From: Thermoplasmatota archaeon
GTDB lineage: Archaea; Thermoplasmatota; Penumbrarchaeia; JASLWR01
Assembly: GCA_030740765.1 (NCBI GenBank)
Contig: JASLWR010000028.1
Location: forward strand, 6,958-38,957
Length of the DNA stretch: 32,000 nt
Direction: 5' to 3'
Positions 1-8,551 of this stretch are shown piece after piece. The notes beneath the pieces are model-generated. The model saw only the letters and a list, made by a program, of their open reading frames with translations, was not told the origin of the DNA and searched no databases. Every line of letters begins with the position of its first letter. Within the stretch, counting starts at the first letter, position 1. The position numbers were made by a program, and so were the translations under genes.

Positions 1-457
1 TCTTTTTAATATCCAATAATCTCTTGAAAAAGTTATCCCGGCCGGCAGGCCCCACCGTGGAAAGCGATGGGATAAATCCGGGGGCGTCATATCGCTCGGG
101 GAACTCGTCCAGAACAGTGAGAACTTCATCGTTGTAGGCCGGCTCGCCCATCCTGGAGAACTGGACCTTGAACTTCGCAACTGGAATCCGGTCTCCACCA
201 AAGCGCTTCCTAACTACGTGGTCGATCTGTGCGAACATATCTTCGGTACTGATCTTTCCCCCGAATGAACCCCCTGCATCGCACATTATACAGCCAACGG
301 GACACCCTAGAAGGGTGGATATGATCATCACCATCTTCTGATTCCGGTCGAATGGCGGTTGTAACGATTCCACGAACTCGATGTAATGACCTTGATCGGT
401 TTTGGCCAAATATACGGTTGCCAGGTCGTCCCTGCCGTACTTTTCGATTATTTTCAT
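1..457 (-). CDS. Radical SAM enzyme, N-terminal 152 codons only (gene runs off the left edge); RlmN/Cfr-like layout
   Basis: I translated the minus strand from the ATG at 457-455: MKIIEKYGRDDLATVYLAKTDQGHYIEFVESLQPP...STLLGCPVGCIMCDAGG...QFSRMGEPAYN...PSLSTVGPAG. It has a CX3CX2C iron-sulfur motif, then a GEP motif, then an STxG motif, in the order and spacing I recall for RlmN/Cfr. It is absent from the ORF track because it is open at the window edge. A GGAAGGA SD lies upstream, and the start forms an ATGA overlap with the upstream stop. Confidence 0.8.
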   Translation of the reverse strand, partial: MKIIEKYGRDDLATVYLAKTDQGHYIEFVESLQPPFDRNQKMVMIISTLLGCPVGCIMCDAGGSFGGKISTEDMFAQIDHVVRKRFGGDRIPVAKFKVQFSRMGEPAYNDEVLTVLDEFPERYDAPGFIPSLSTVGPAGRDNFFKRLLDIKK

Positions 458-1362
458 TCAACCGTCCTTCCATCTTCGTTTTCCCTAAGATAGATATCCA
501 TTGCACTGCGCATACCATCGCCTACGGATACCGAGGCTTGCCTCATCAGACCACGGACGACGTCTCCAGCGAAATACAGCCCTGAGATTTTTATTTTTCC
601 ATTAAAACAATCCCCAATAACAGGGGAGAGGAAGTCAGTTGACGGGACACGTCCTATTGCTGCCAGAAGATAATCGGCGCGGATTGTCGTTTCCCTTTTT
701 TCCGGGTCCGATCTCAACAGCAAAGACAAGCTTTCCGCTTCCTGGACGACATCAACCACCCTGGTTGACGTCAAGTATTCGATATTGTCCGCCACGGACA
801 CCCTTTCATAAAGCAGTGGGAGGCATTTACTGCTCGACCCGCGATTCAAAAGGACCACTTTGTTCTTACGGGCAAGGTTTAGAGAGTAATCAAAAGCTGC
901 GTCTCCGGCCCCCACAACAGCGATTCTTTTGTCTCTTATCCCCTTCAGATGAACTACCTCGTAGAACAATCTATCCTCCACCGTCTCCTTTTTGACCCCC
1001 CATTCGAACTTTCTGGGCCGGGTACCGGAAGCTATAACAAGATTCTTAGAACTAATGATGCCTGATGAGGCAGTTAACGTGTGGAATAATCCATCTTTGT
1101 GATCCGCATTTATTACTGTATCCTCGAGAATATCCACATGAAGCCGGTATAACTGTCCTATAAATAACTTAACCAGGTTCTGTCCGGATATCCCCTCAGG
1201 GAAACCCGGGTAATTCTCAACCAGATTGGCATTTCTCAGCAGCCCGCCGATCTCATTATTCTCAATTATGACAAAATCGATGCCGCATCTTTTCAACTGT
1301 ATAGCGGCTGTGATACCCCCCGGGCCCGCGCCGATTATACAGGTATTTACCGTCTCTTTCAA
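454..1362 (-). CDS. FAD/NAD(P)-dependent oxidoreductase, thioredoxin-reductase-like fold but lacking the CxxC redox pair
   Basis: 302-aa ORF. It has an N-terminal IIGAGPGG (GxGxxG) motif, a second dinucleotide fold VVGAGDAAFD, and a C-terminal YFAGDV motif. No CxxC occurs anywhere. The TTG start at 1362-1360 is preceded by GAAGGAGG, and TTGA overlaps the upstream stop. Confidence 0.88.
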   Translation of the reverse strand: MKETVNTCIIGAGPGGITAAIQLKRCGIDFVIIENNEIGGLLRNANLVENYPGFPEGISGQNLVKLFIGQLYRLHVDILEDTVINADHKDGLFHTLTASSGIISSKNLVIASGTRPRKFEWGVKKETVEDRLFYEVVHLKGIRDKRIAVVGAGDAAFDYSLNLARKNKVVLLNRGSSSKCLPLLYERVSVADNIEYLTSTRVVDVVQEAESLSLLLRSDPEKRETTIRADYLLAAIGRVPSTDFLSPVIGDCFNGKIKISGLYFAGDVVRGLMRQASVSVGDGMRSAMDIYLRENEDGRTVE

Positions 1363-2063
1363 TGGAAAGCCTCCTTCAATCGGCGCAATTCAGTTATTGT
1401 CGCAAAACCATGGGAAAGATTCAAAAGAGTGGCATTGTGGAATGATTCGTTGTAAGTGGCAGTACCGTCAATTGGGAAAAAAACGTTGAAATTTCTGTTA
1501 AAGGCACTTCTGGCGGTACTCTCGCAGCAGAGGTGGGTCATGACTCCGCAAATAACTATATCCGTAATCTCTTTAGAGCGAAGGATATTTTCCAGATCAG
1601 TATTGATGAATGCATCGTAGGTCGACTTTTCCAGTATTATCCCTTCAGTGGTATCCAGCGAGGATATTATCTCACTTCTCTCATCATCCCCGGGCGTCGA
1701 GTCCTTCCACCAATTTAGCATTGTTGCAGGGGAGTCGTCAGATAAGTGCCTTGTAAATATCACAGGGCGCCCGCCTTTGTGGAACAGATCGATGATTTCT
1801 TTCATGCCTGGAATTATGGCTGGAGCCGACGGAACGAAAGCATGTGAACTCTCTGCAAGAAAATATTTCTGCATATCCATTATGAGAAGTGCTGAATCAG
1901 CTGGTTCAAACGGATACCTTTCGTACCTGTGTTGGAAAATCTCCTTTCTTGCGTACCATTCGGCCACCTTTTCCTCTATGTTGTGGCTGGTGAAATAAGC
2001 GGTTTTTTCCATTAATTGGTGTATTCTCAAGTACGATATACGTTTTACCGTTGTATTTATCAT
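1359..2063 (-). CDS. Isochorismatase-family cysteine hydrolase
   Basis: 234 aa. LLIMDMQKYF (Asp region), VIFTRH, and VICGVMTHLCCESTARSA (Cys nucleophile region) are typical of isochorismatase/nicotinamidase-like hydrolases. ATG at 2063. Confidence 0.88.
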   Translation of the reverse strand: MINTTVKRISYLRIHQLMEKTAYFTSHNIEEKVAEWYARKEIFQHRYERYPFEPADSALLIMDMQKYFLAESSHAFVPSAPAIIPGMKEIIDLFHKGGRPVIFTRHLSDDSPATMLNWWKDSTPGDDERSEIISSLDTTEGIILEKSTYDAFINTDLENILRSKEITDIVICGVMTHLCCESTARSAFNRNFNVFFPIDGTATYNESFHNATLLNLSHGFATITELRRLKEAFH

Positions 2064-2405
2064 GGCATACGTTTTGGGGTGAACGGTTCCGTGAAGTCGG
2101 ACTGGTTCACTTTCAACAGGCTCCGTGAAGAATAACTTGGGCCAATCACGTCGGGAAAGCTTCCATTTTTTCTATTATTCACTGTGTTGGTAAAAGAGAT
2201 ATTCCACAACACTTATATAGCTGTAAAAATCATGCTCCAATTTTTTATTTATACACAATGGTGTTATACTATCTCTTGGAAACCATGGATGTACAGTGTG
2301 GTGAAATCGATATACAAGGAAAAAGACCTAACTTATCCTCAAGCAATTTCCATATGTTTGGATGGAGGAGGTCGAAGGTCGATTTAATATTTATGGAGGA
2401 ATAAA

Positions 2406-2849
2406 ATGAACAGATTGGATATTGCCAAAAAGGTAAGAAGAAAGATACTTACGCATATCAAGAACAACCCAGGAAGACATTTCAGCGAGATATTGAGACG
2501 ATTGAAGTTATCGTCGGGTCGTCTGACCTACCATATTTTGAAACTGGAAGAGGCTGAAAAGATCTTTGCGAAATACGATGGATACTGGAAGAGATTTTAT
2601 CCCATATCCGCGGTGAACGATGTTATACCGAAATCACTCACGCCCAAGCAGGCGGAGATACTGCGGATCATAACTAAACATCCGGGTTCGACCTACATGA
2701 AGATCGTTGATCGTTGCGGAAAAACGCGTCAGGCGATATATTATCATATGAAGAAACTCGCTGAGACGGGAATGATCAGAATTGATTGCGTTAAGGGCAA
2801 ACATTTTTTCTACCTCGGAAAAGCGGGAGAAGGGTCCAATGGAAAATAA
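2406..2849 (+). CDS. Transcriptional regulator with two ArsR-like winged-helix domains
   Basis: 147 aa. There are two wHTH units: NNPGRHFSEILRRLKLSSGRLTYHILKLEEAEKI and KHPGSTYMKIVDRCGKTRQAIYYHMKKLAETGMI. A GGAGG SD lies 6 nt before the ATG. Confidence 0.85.
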   Translation: MNRLDIAKKVRRKILTHIKNNPGRHFSEILRRLKLSSGRLTYHILKLEEAEKIFAKYDGYWKRFYPISAVNDVIPKSLTPKQAEILRIITKHPGSTYMKIVDRCGKTRQAIYYHMKKLAETGMIRIDCVKGKHFFYLGKAGEGSNGK

Positions 2850-3249
2850 AGGGATTTACAACAAAAACAGATGTAATATATTCAATTTCATTATAGAAAA
2901 TCCCGGAAAACATTTTAGCGAGATAAAAAGACGGTTGAACCTGACCAAACGCGGATTGGGTTATCACCTGGAGAAAATGGTGAAAGAGGGTTTGATCGCA
3001 GAGAAACCCCTGGGAATATTCAAGTTCTATTATCCAGCCAGTATGGAACAACCCGCAACGAAACTGACACCCATGCAGCAAAGGATATTCGATATCATTA
3101 ATGAAGAGCCCTGTACCACCGATGAAATCGCGGATGTTATGGGAAAATCCAAACGCTCGGTAGAATATCACCTGGGTAATCTATCGAAGCAGGGGTATAT
3201 ATTAAAAAAGAAAGCCAAAAAGAAGGGCTTTTACTGGCATGCGGAATAG
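2839..3249 (+). CDS. Transcriptional regulator with two winged-helix domains, paralogue of the preceding gene
   Basis: Colinear with the upstream protein: ENPGKHFSEIKRRLNLTKRGLGYHLEKMVKEGLI and EEPCTTDEIADVMGKSKRSVEYHLGNLSKQGYI. I prefer the ATG at 2839 (MENKGIY) over the track start at 2782. This start overlaps the upstream gene end by 11 nt. Confidence 0.82.
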   Translation: MENKGIYNKNRCNIFNFIIENPGKHFSEIKRRLNLTKRGLGYHLEKMVKEGLIAEKPLGIFKFYYPASMEQPATKLTPMQQRIFDIINEEPCTTDEIADVMGKSKRSVEYHLGNLSKQGYILKKKAKKKGFYWHAE

Positions 3250-3321
3250 GTGGAATAACGTTCATCCTGCTATTTACATAATATCCTTGGGTATGGTAAG
3301 CAGTCCAACGGAAAAATAATT

Positions 3322-4812
3322 TCAGGAAATGGCTTGCTTCAACCGGTCATACATAATGTCGGCGCTTCTCCACCGATCCTCTTTGCGTTTTTCGAGGGCT
3401 CTCAGGATCACAGTGTCCACTCTTGGAGAAACCTCTGGGTTGTAATAGGAAGGCGGTTGTACTTCCTCGTTTATAATTTTTCCCATAATACCCACCGGGT
3501 CGTCTTCCCAGAACGGATTATAATCAGTTAGCATCTCGTAACCAACGATACCTATCTGGAAGATATCGGTGCTCCAATCAATCTGGCCGTACTTCTTTCT
3601 GCTGATCTGCTCGGGAGCGCTGTAAGCGAGAGTACCCTTTGTCCCCACCGTCTTGGAGGCGGATTCGGCCGCCATAAGCTTTCCGATTCCCCAGTCGGTG
3701 AGCTTGGGTACGCCGTCCCTGGTAAAGAGAATATTTTCCGGTTTTATATCCCGATGGACCGAGGCCATTCGGTGTGCGTATGAAATTGCATCCACCAGTT
3801 GAATGAATATACTCAATGCCTCCTGTGTTGACAACCTTCTGTCGTCCAGAACATCCTTCAGGCTGCCTCCTTCCATTAACTCCATTACTATACTGGGGAT
3901 GGGATCCAGATTGTAATCATAAAAAAACACGATGTTATCGTGCTCCAGCTTGTTCCACATCTTAGCCTCTGATTCGAATTTGTCGTATATGGATGAATCC
4001 AGCGTCTGGTCAATGAATTTAGGCATTTTTATTGCAACCTCGCGGCCTGTGTCATCTGTGGCCTTATACACGGTGGCAAAACCACCGGAACCGAGTTTAT
4101 AGGATATGGTGTAACCAGGAATTGTATTGGCAATGGAGGGTGGAACCCTCTTTTTAGGGGATCCGATATTCACCTTGATATTTCGGATAATGGGACCTGT
4201 TCCGCCACCAACGGAAGGCGGGGCCGGTCTGATATCGGCTCTTTGTACCGAGGGTGGTGAAATGGGGGGCGCACGATTTAAATCCAGGCCTCTGGGTGGG
4301 CGCGGTACCGTGGGACTTGATGTCTGATTTGTCTGCATGTTCATTAACGCTCTTTGCTGCGCCTGTATCTGCTCCATCTGGGAATTGTACATCCACCTCT
4401 CATTCTCATCTTTCCAGTATTGGGCCCAAAATATTAATGCGATAAGACCCGGTATGGCACATACCAGATAACCGCTAAGCCCGATCACCATGTTTAAAAT
4501 GGCTGCGAAATAGACGAAACCTTTGGATTTCCCATTCAAGGCCTTCACGCCCCCGATTATACCGATGATGCCGGTGGCCAGGTAAATAAAACTAAAACCC
4601 AAGCAAAAAGACTTCTCCATATCAAAAAAACTAGTGCTTTCATCCCCGTTACCGGAAGAATAGATGGATCCATCATCGGATGAATAGTCATCTTCGCTTT
4701 CGGAACCTGGGCCATAGGTTCCTATCCCTAACATGAGAATGCCAACGAAAGCTAGGAGGGCAATAGAACCCGAGACTATCAACAGCACTCCAACCGCTTT
4801 ATTTTTCCCCAT
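3322..4812 (-). CDS. Membrane-anchored Hanks-type Ser/Thr protein kinase
   Basis: 496 aa. The N-terminal part has about 4 hydrophobic helices, followed by a Pro-rich linker (PTVPRPPRGLDLNRAPPISPPSVQRADIRPAPPS). The kinase core has GSGGFATVY, AIK, HRDIKPENILF, DWG and SAPE motifs. A GGTG SD is present. Confidence 0.9.
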   Translation of the reverse strand: MGKNKAVGVLLIVSGSIALLAFVGILMLGIGTYGPGSESEDDYSSDDGSIYSSGNGDESTSFFDMEKSFCLGFSFIYLATGIIGIIGGVKALNGKSKGFVYFAAILNMVIGLSGYLVCAIPGLIALIFWAQYWKDENERWMYNSQMEQIQAQQRALMNMQTNQTSSPTVPRPPRGLDLNRAPPISPPSVQRADIRPAPPSVGGGTGPIIRNIKVNIGSPKKRVPPSIANTIPGYTISYKLGSGGFATVYKATDDTGREVAIKMPKFIDQTLDSSIYDKFESEAKMWNKLEHDNIVFFYDYNLDPIPSIVMELMEGGSLKDVLDDRRLSTQEALSIFIQLVDAISYAHRMASVHRDIKPENILFTRDGVPKLTDWGIGKLMAAESASKTVGTKGTLAYSAPEQISRKKYGQIDWSTDIFQIGIVGYEMLTDYNPFWEDDPVGIMGKIINEEVQPPSYYNPEVSPRVDTVILRALEKRKEDRWRSADIMYDRLKQAIS

Positions 4813-4877
4813 TTAATAATACACCTTTTTCTTCCTTTATGATGATCGATGAGTTGAATATTACCATTCGATATTGT

Positions 4878-4901
4878 GATTTATGGATTTATGGATTTAT
4901 G
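4878..4901. repeat. Perfect 3 x 8-nt tandem repeat (ATTTATGG) in a divergent intergenic region
   Basis: Read directly as g-atttatgg-atttatgg-atttatgg-aaaatg. It lies between the kinase start (4812, minus) and the DUF63-like start (5125, plus). Confidence 0.9.
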
Positions 4902-5124
4902 GAAAATGTCGTTTTTACCCTCGGGACAATGTATTTTATTTTATATATTTTTATTTATCTCATGTAAAATGATTTTTCGGTTAGCATTTGGACTGGCCTC
5001 AATTCTCCGAATGGGATTGGCCACCTTCGTTTAGATTTCCTGAAAAGGTATCGATGGAAATGAAACGCATAAGTAAAAGAATTCTGGGATTTATTTAAAT
5101 ATTCATTAGCCGTTTGCAAGAGCA

Positions 5125-6336
5125 ATGATTGATTCGCCCCCCAATCTGGAAAATGAATCATCCAATACGTCCAATAAAAAAGGGATTATAATCATCTCTA
5201 CCATTATCGGGCTGCTGATTCTTTTCTCTCTCCTGGTCATCCTGTTCCCTGAAACGTTCTATGACGGTTTTCTCTACAAGTATTACATAAAGAGCTTTCT
5301 AGAGGATGGTGAATACAATCCGGTTGATACCACCACTTACGGCCTTATGATCGCCGGGGCCATATTCGGCATATATAAAATGCTGGGCAGGCATAATATC
5401 AAGGTTGACCGGCGCGCCGTGCTGGTAATCCTCCCGTGGATGTTCATCGGAGGAAGCTACCGGGCTCTCGAAGACGCGGAATTCTTCCAAAAACCCGTAA
5501 TCTATCTTTTCCGCTCTCCAATGATCTATTTTACCATTGCCATTACCGTCGTGCTGATCATAATTTACTCACACTGGGTCCAGGTCTTTTCAAGGAAAAA
5601 GAATTGGAAGATCGGTTTTATTCTTTCCGTAGCCATGCTTGGCTTCTTCGACTGCTTGTATCTTATCTATTACTATTCCACTGACAAGGGCATCTCATAC
5701 CAGTTCACTCCACTTTATCCCCTACTCCTCTCGCTTCCCCTGGTCTATCTTCTCTATGTCGATTCCAGGCGAAGAGGATATGGCGATATGAAAACGAACA
5801 TCCTTTCGTCCGGCCTCTATTTTCTCGGACTTTCGGCATTGCCCATTGCGGTCTGGCCCGGGATTGCTACTTGGGAAACCCATTTCATTTCTACCAGAAC
5901 CATCAATCCGCTTGCATGGAGCTCCTTCATATACGTTTTTCTCATTGCTGCGGCAGCAACGGTTTTACTGGCAGGTGTTTTTTTTCTGCTTAAACGAAGA
6001 AATAAGAAACTAGTTGTTTTCACAAAACCACTGGCCCTGTTGATAATATTCGGCCATTTTCTTGACGCAACGGCAACCGCTGTGGGTATTGAATACTTCT
6101 CCTATGTGGAAAAACACGTCGTACCACATTTTATGATCGAACTGACCGGAAACGCATTTGTTATGTTCCTGCTGAAACTGCCGCTGGTCCTTCTTGTCAT
6201 ATTTGCCCTTGACATCTGGTACGCGGAGGAATTCCGAGATAATAAAAATCTGCTGAACCTCGTAAAGATGGGTATAATCATTCTTGGCCTCGCTCCCGGT
6301 ACCAGAGATGCCCTGAGGATGGCAATGGGAGTCTGA
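5125..6336 (+). CDS. Polytopic membrane protein, DUF63-like C-terminal half (family name tentative)
   Basis: 403 aa with about 9-10 hydrophobic spans. The segment FGHFLDATATAVGIEYFSYVEKHVVPHF resembles archaeal DUF63 proteins as I recall them. Confidence 0.75.
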   Translation: MIDSPPNLENESSNTSNKKGIIIISTIIGLLILFSLLVILFPETFYDGFLYKYYIKSFLEDGEYNPVDTTTYGLMIAGAIFGIYKMLGRHNIKVDRRAVLVILPWMFIGGSYRALEDAEFFQKPVIYLFRSPMIYFTIAITVVLIIIYSHWVQVFSRKKNWKIGFILSVAMLGFFDCLYLIYYYSTDKGISYQFTPLYPLLLSLPLVYLLYVDSRRRGYGDMKTNILSSGLYFLGLSALPIAVWPGIATWETHFISTRTINPLAWSSFIYVFLIAAAATVLLAGVFFLLKRRNKKLVVFTKPLALLIIFGHFLDATATAVGIEYFSYVEKHVVPHFMIELTGNAFVMFLLKLPLVLLVIFALDIWYAEEFRDNKNLLNLVKMGIIILGLAPGTRDALRMAMGV

Positions 6337-6552
6337 ACTTCTTTCTTACATGTTGTATTATTGTAAAATATCGTGGATAGTTCAATTCCATGCCAGAGTG
6401 AATCTACCAAACATGCTTATGAGAGGCGGCTCCAAATCAGAGAAAATCGGAAAAAAAAGGGGATTTGTTCAACGCAGTAGACAGGTGAAAAAGTATATAA
6501 ATCAGAAATGAGAATTAAGTTCTGATAGGACGAATTGGCAAATTGAGGAAAA

Positions 6553-7305
6553 GTGGTTATTGTGGAATCGAAGATACTGACAGTGATTCTGGTTTTGATC
6601 TTACTCGTGATTTCATATTCCATGGGATGTACTGATGATGAAAAGAAACCGGAAGTTTTCCCCGATCTGAAGTCTCCTATAGCAGTTATTGAAGCCAGTG
6701 CAACCAGAATAATCGAGAATGAGACCATCGTATTCAACAGCTCAAAATCATCCGATCCGGATGGCAAAATAACCACGTACATTTGGGACTTCGGAGACGG
6801 TCATAAGAATACCACTAATTCCACGAACGTGTCCCATCGATACGAAACGCTCAACCTGGACGGAGAGCCCTACAATGTTACATTAACAGTAATAGATGAC
6901 CATAGTCAGGATAACAAGACCAGTATTAATATTACCGTAATTCCCATGCGGTATACTGCTGATAGTGCCACCTGGCTGCTTTCAAGAGATATTCCTGGAA
7001 CTCAACACCAATTGAACGTATCATTCGAAAAACAACCCTTCGATGCTAATTTTACACTAAACCTCAGCCTCTTGGGAGGTGCCTTTGACTTGGACATCAA
7101 CATCAAGGCCAATCTGTCCGTTGCCATCACCGATCCGGAAAACCAGGAGATCTATTCCAACGAATACGATATCACGGGATCTGGTAGCGATAATATCTAT
7201 CTTCCCGTGGATGATTTCTCAAAAGCAGGTACCTACTCTATAACCATGGATTGTAAGAAAGGTGCTGTTCGAGTAACCTATGTTTTGACCATAAATTATC
7301 TATAG
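6553..7305 (+). CDS. Secreted/lipid-anchored PKD-domain protein
   Basis: 250 aa with a GTG start after a GAGG SD. The signal peptide ends in a lipobox-like SYSMGC. The PKD signature is IVFNSSKSSDPDGKITTYIWDFGDGH...VTLTVIDDH. There are many N-x-S/T sequons. Confidence 0.85.
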   Translation: MVIVESKILTVILVLILLVISYSMGCTDDEKKPEVFPDLKSPIAVIEASATRIIENETIVFNSSKSSDPDGKITTYIWDFGDGHKNTTNSTNVSHRYETLNLDGEPYNVTLTVIDDHSQDNKTSINITVIPMRYTADSATWLLSRDIPGTQHQLNVSFEKQPFDANFTLNLSLLGGAFDLDINIKANLSVAITDPENQEIYSNEYDITGSGSDNIYLPVDDFSKAGTYSITMDCKKGAVRVTYVLTINYL

Positions 7306-7446
7306 GTCCGTTATTTCAAGTAAAGTTTCACAAAAACAAGCCTTGGTAGGTTTGGAAACTGAACATTGAGGAATTTTAATAAAAAGACACTTATGATTCC
7401 GGAGTTTATCTCTCTCTCAGTACGAGGGTCTCAAAGGGGAGGAAGT

Positions 7447-8463
7447 ATGGAAATGATCAAGGATTTTATTAAGATGATGCGACTTCATCCGCCCTCCTGG
7501 TGGGGCGAATACGCTTTATTTTCGATCATCGTTCCCTGCGCCCTGCTGTTCCATGAAAACCAAATGTCTCTCGATATTTCGAAGCTCCTACCGTTGCTCG
7601 GAATACTTTTTACCGGTTATTGCTCCACCTTCGTGCTTAACCACATTACCGATGTGAAGGAAGATAGTTACAAGGAAAACCAACCGTTGATGACTGATGG
7701 AAAGATAAGGCGAGCCCTATTTCTATGGATCTCGTTGATTATCGCAGAAATCGCTATGGCTTTGATATTTTTCAATATAACGGCATTGGTGCTTCTGGGT
7801 ATACTCCAACTTCTTTCCATCCTTTATTCGTGGGGGATACGTCTCAAAGAAAGCATTGCAGGTCCTCTGGTAGGCTCCACTTTCTACTGGGGACCAATAC
7901 CTCTGGTTGTAGTGGTATTGCTTGGAACGAGTGGATTTGGAATATGGAAATGCTTCACCACGCCAATGATGATCCACATCCTCGCCATGTTCTTTTTTGG
8001 GATTGAACGTGAACTTACACATAATCTCTTTGATTTTGATATCGACCGGAAGGCCGGGATCACCACCTTTGGACAGATCGTCGGCGTTAAGCGAACGAAA
8101 ATCATTATTCGAGTCATGAAAGGTTTCTTTCTTATATCGATGCTAGCCCTGGGTTGGGCCATATCCCTCTCGTTTTCAGTGCTGGTGCTGCTCTTCGCTT
8201 TATTGGGTGTCGCAGGATTTATCCCTTCATTCTATTTCTTTTCCCTATTAGCTGTGGGACTATTATTATCAGGAAGAACAGGTGTGGCTGAGATCCTTCT
8301 CCTGTTCTGCATGATACCTGCTATTTCAATGTACGTCACAAAATTGGTTGAAAAAACGAGAGCCGGGATCCACCAGGGCACAGCTGCGGCGAGAAGGATA
8401 TTAAACGATATTCATGCACAGCATCGCAAATTAATTTTTACAATCTTTGAGAGAATCAAATGA
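7447..8463 (+). CDS. UbiA-family integral membrane prenyltransferase
   Basis: The first Asp-rich motif is LNHITDVKEDS (NxxxDxxxD with His in place of the usual Asp/Gln) and the second is DFDIDRKAG. The protein is multi-TM. I prefer the ATG at 7447, which follows a GGGGAGGA SD, over the TTG at 7366 in the track. Confidence 0.8.
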   Translation: MEMIKDFIKMMRLHPPSWWGEYALFSIIVPCALLFHENQMSLDISKLLPLLGILFTGYCSTFVLNHITDVKEDSYKENQPLMTDGKIRRALFLWISLIIAEIAMALIFFNITALVLLGILQLLSILYSWGIRLKESIAGPLVGSTFYWGPIPLVVVVLLGTSGFGIWKCFTTPMMIHILAMFFFGIERELTHNLFDFDIDRKAGITTFGQIVGVKRTKIIIRVMKGFFLISMLALGWAISLSFSVLVLLFALLGVAGFIPSFYFFSLLAVGLLLSGRTGVAEILLLFCMIPAISMYVTKLVEKTRAGIHQGTAAARRILNDIHAQHRKLIFTIFERIK

Positions 8464-8551
8464 AAACGCCTGTCGACCCGCAGCGGAAAAAAAGAAAAAA
8501 AATGTTAAAATACATGCAAAACATTATCCACTACAGATTGGTGATGACAAA

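Noticed and set aside
1-457. The radical SAM gene as RaSEA, the archaeosine-pathway radical SAM partner of ArcS
   Set aside because: I cannot recall diagnostic RaSEA motifs. The gene is 12 kb from arcS and is embedded in its own coupled operon. The visible N-terminus looks RlmN/Cfr-like. It is left as a check rather than a claim.
210-585. ORFs 210-518 (minus) and 352-585 (plus)
   Set aside because: They overlap, in other frames, the clearly homologous radical SAM and flavoprotein genes. Their sequences are Arg-rich, as is typical of off-frame translation.
2184-2387. 67-aa ORF in the 342-bp divergent spacer
   Set aside because: The region is AT-rich promoter DNA. The peptide is rich in Trp, Cys and Tyr, there is no SD, and I recognise no motif.
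4839-4845. ATGATGA box C-like heptamer in the kinase/DUF63 spacer
   Set aside because: There is no CTGA at guide distance, no C'/D' boxes and no terminal stem. A similar ATGATGA-n14-CTGA at 20263-20287 is simply the MMSVNMLLK start of the phosphatase gene.
8540-8547. GGTGATGA resembling a box C
   Set aside because: It is the Shine-Dalgarno sequence (GGTGAT) 6 nt before the J-protein ATG. No D box or terminal stem follows.
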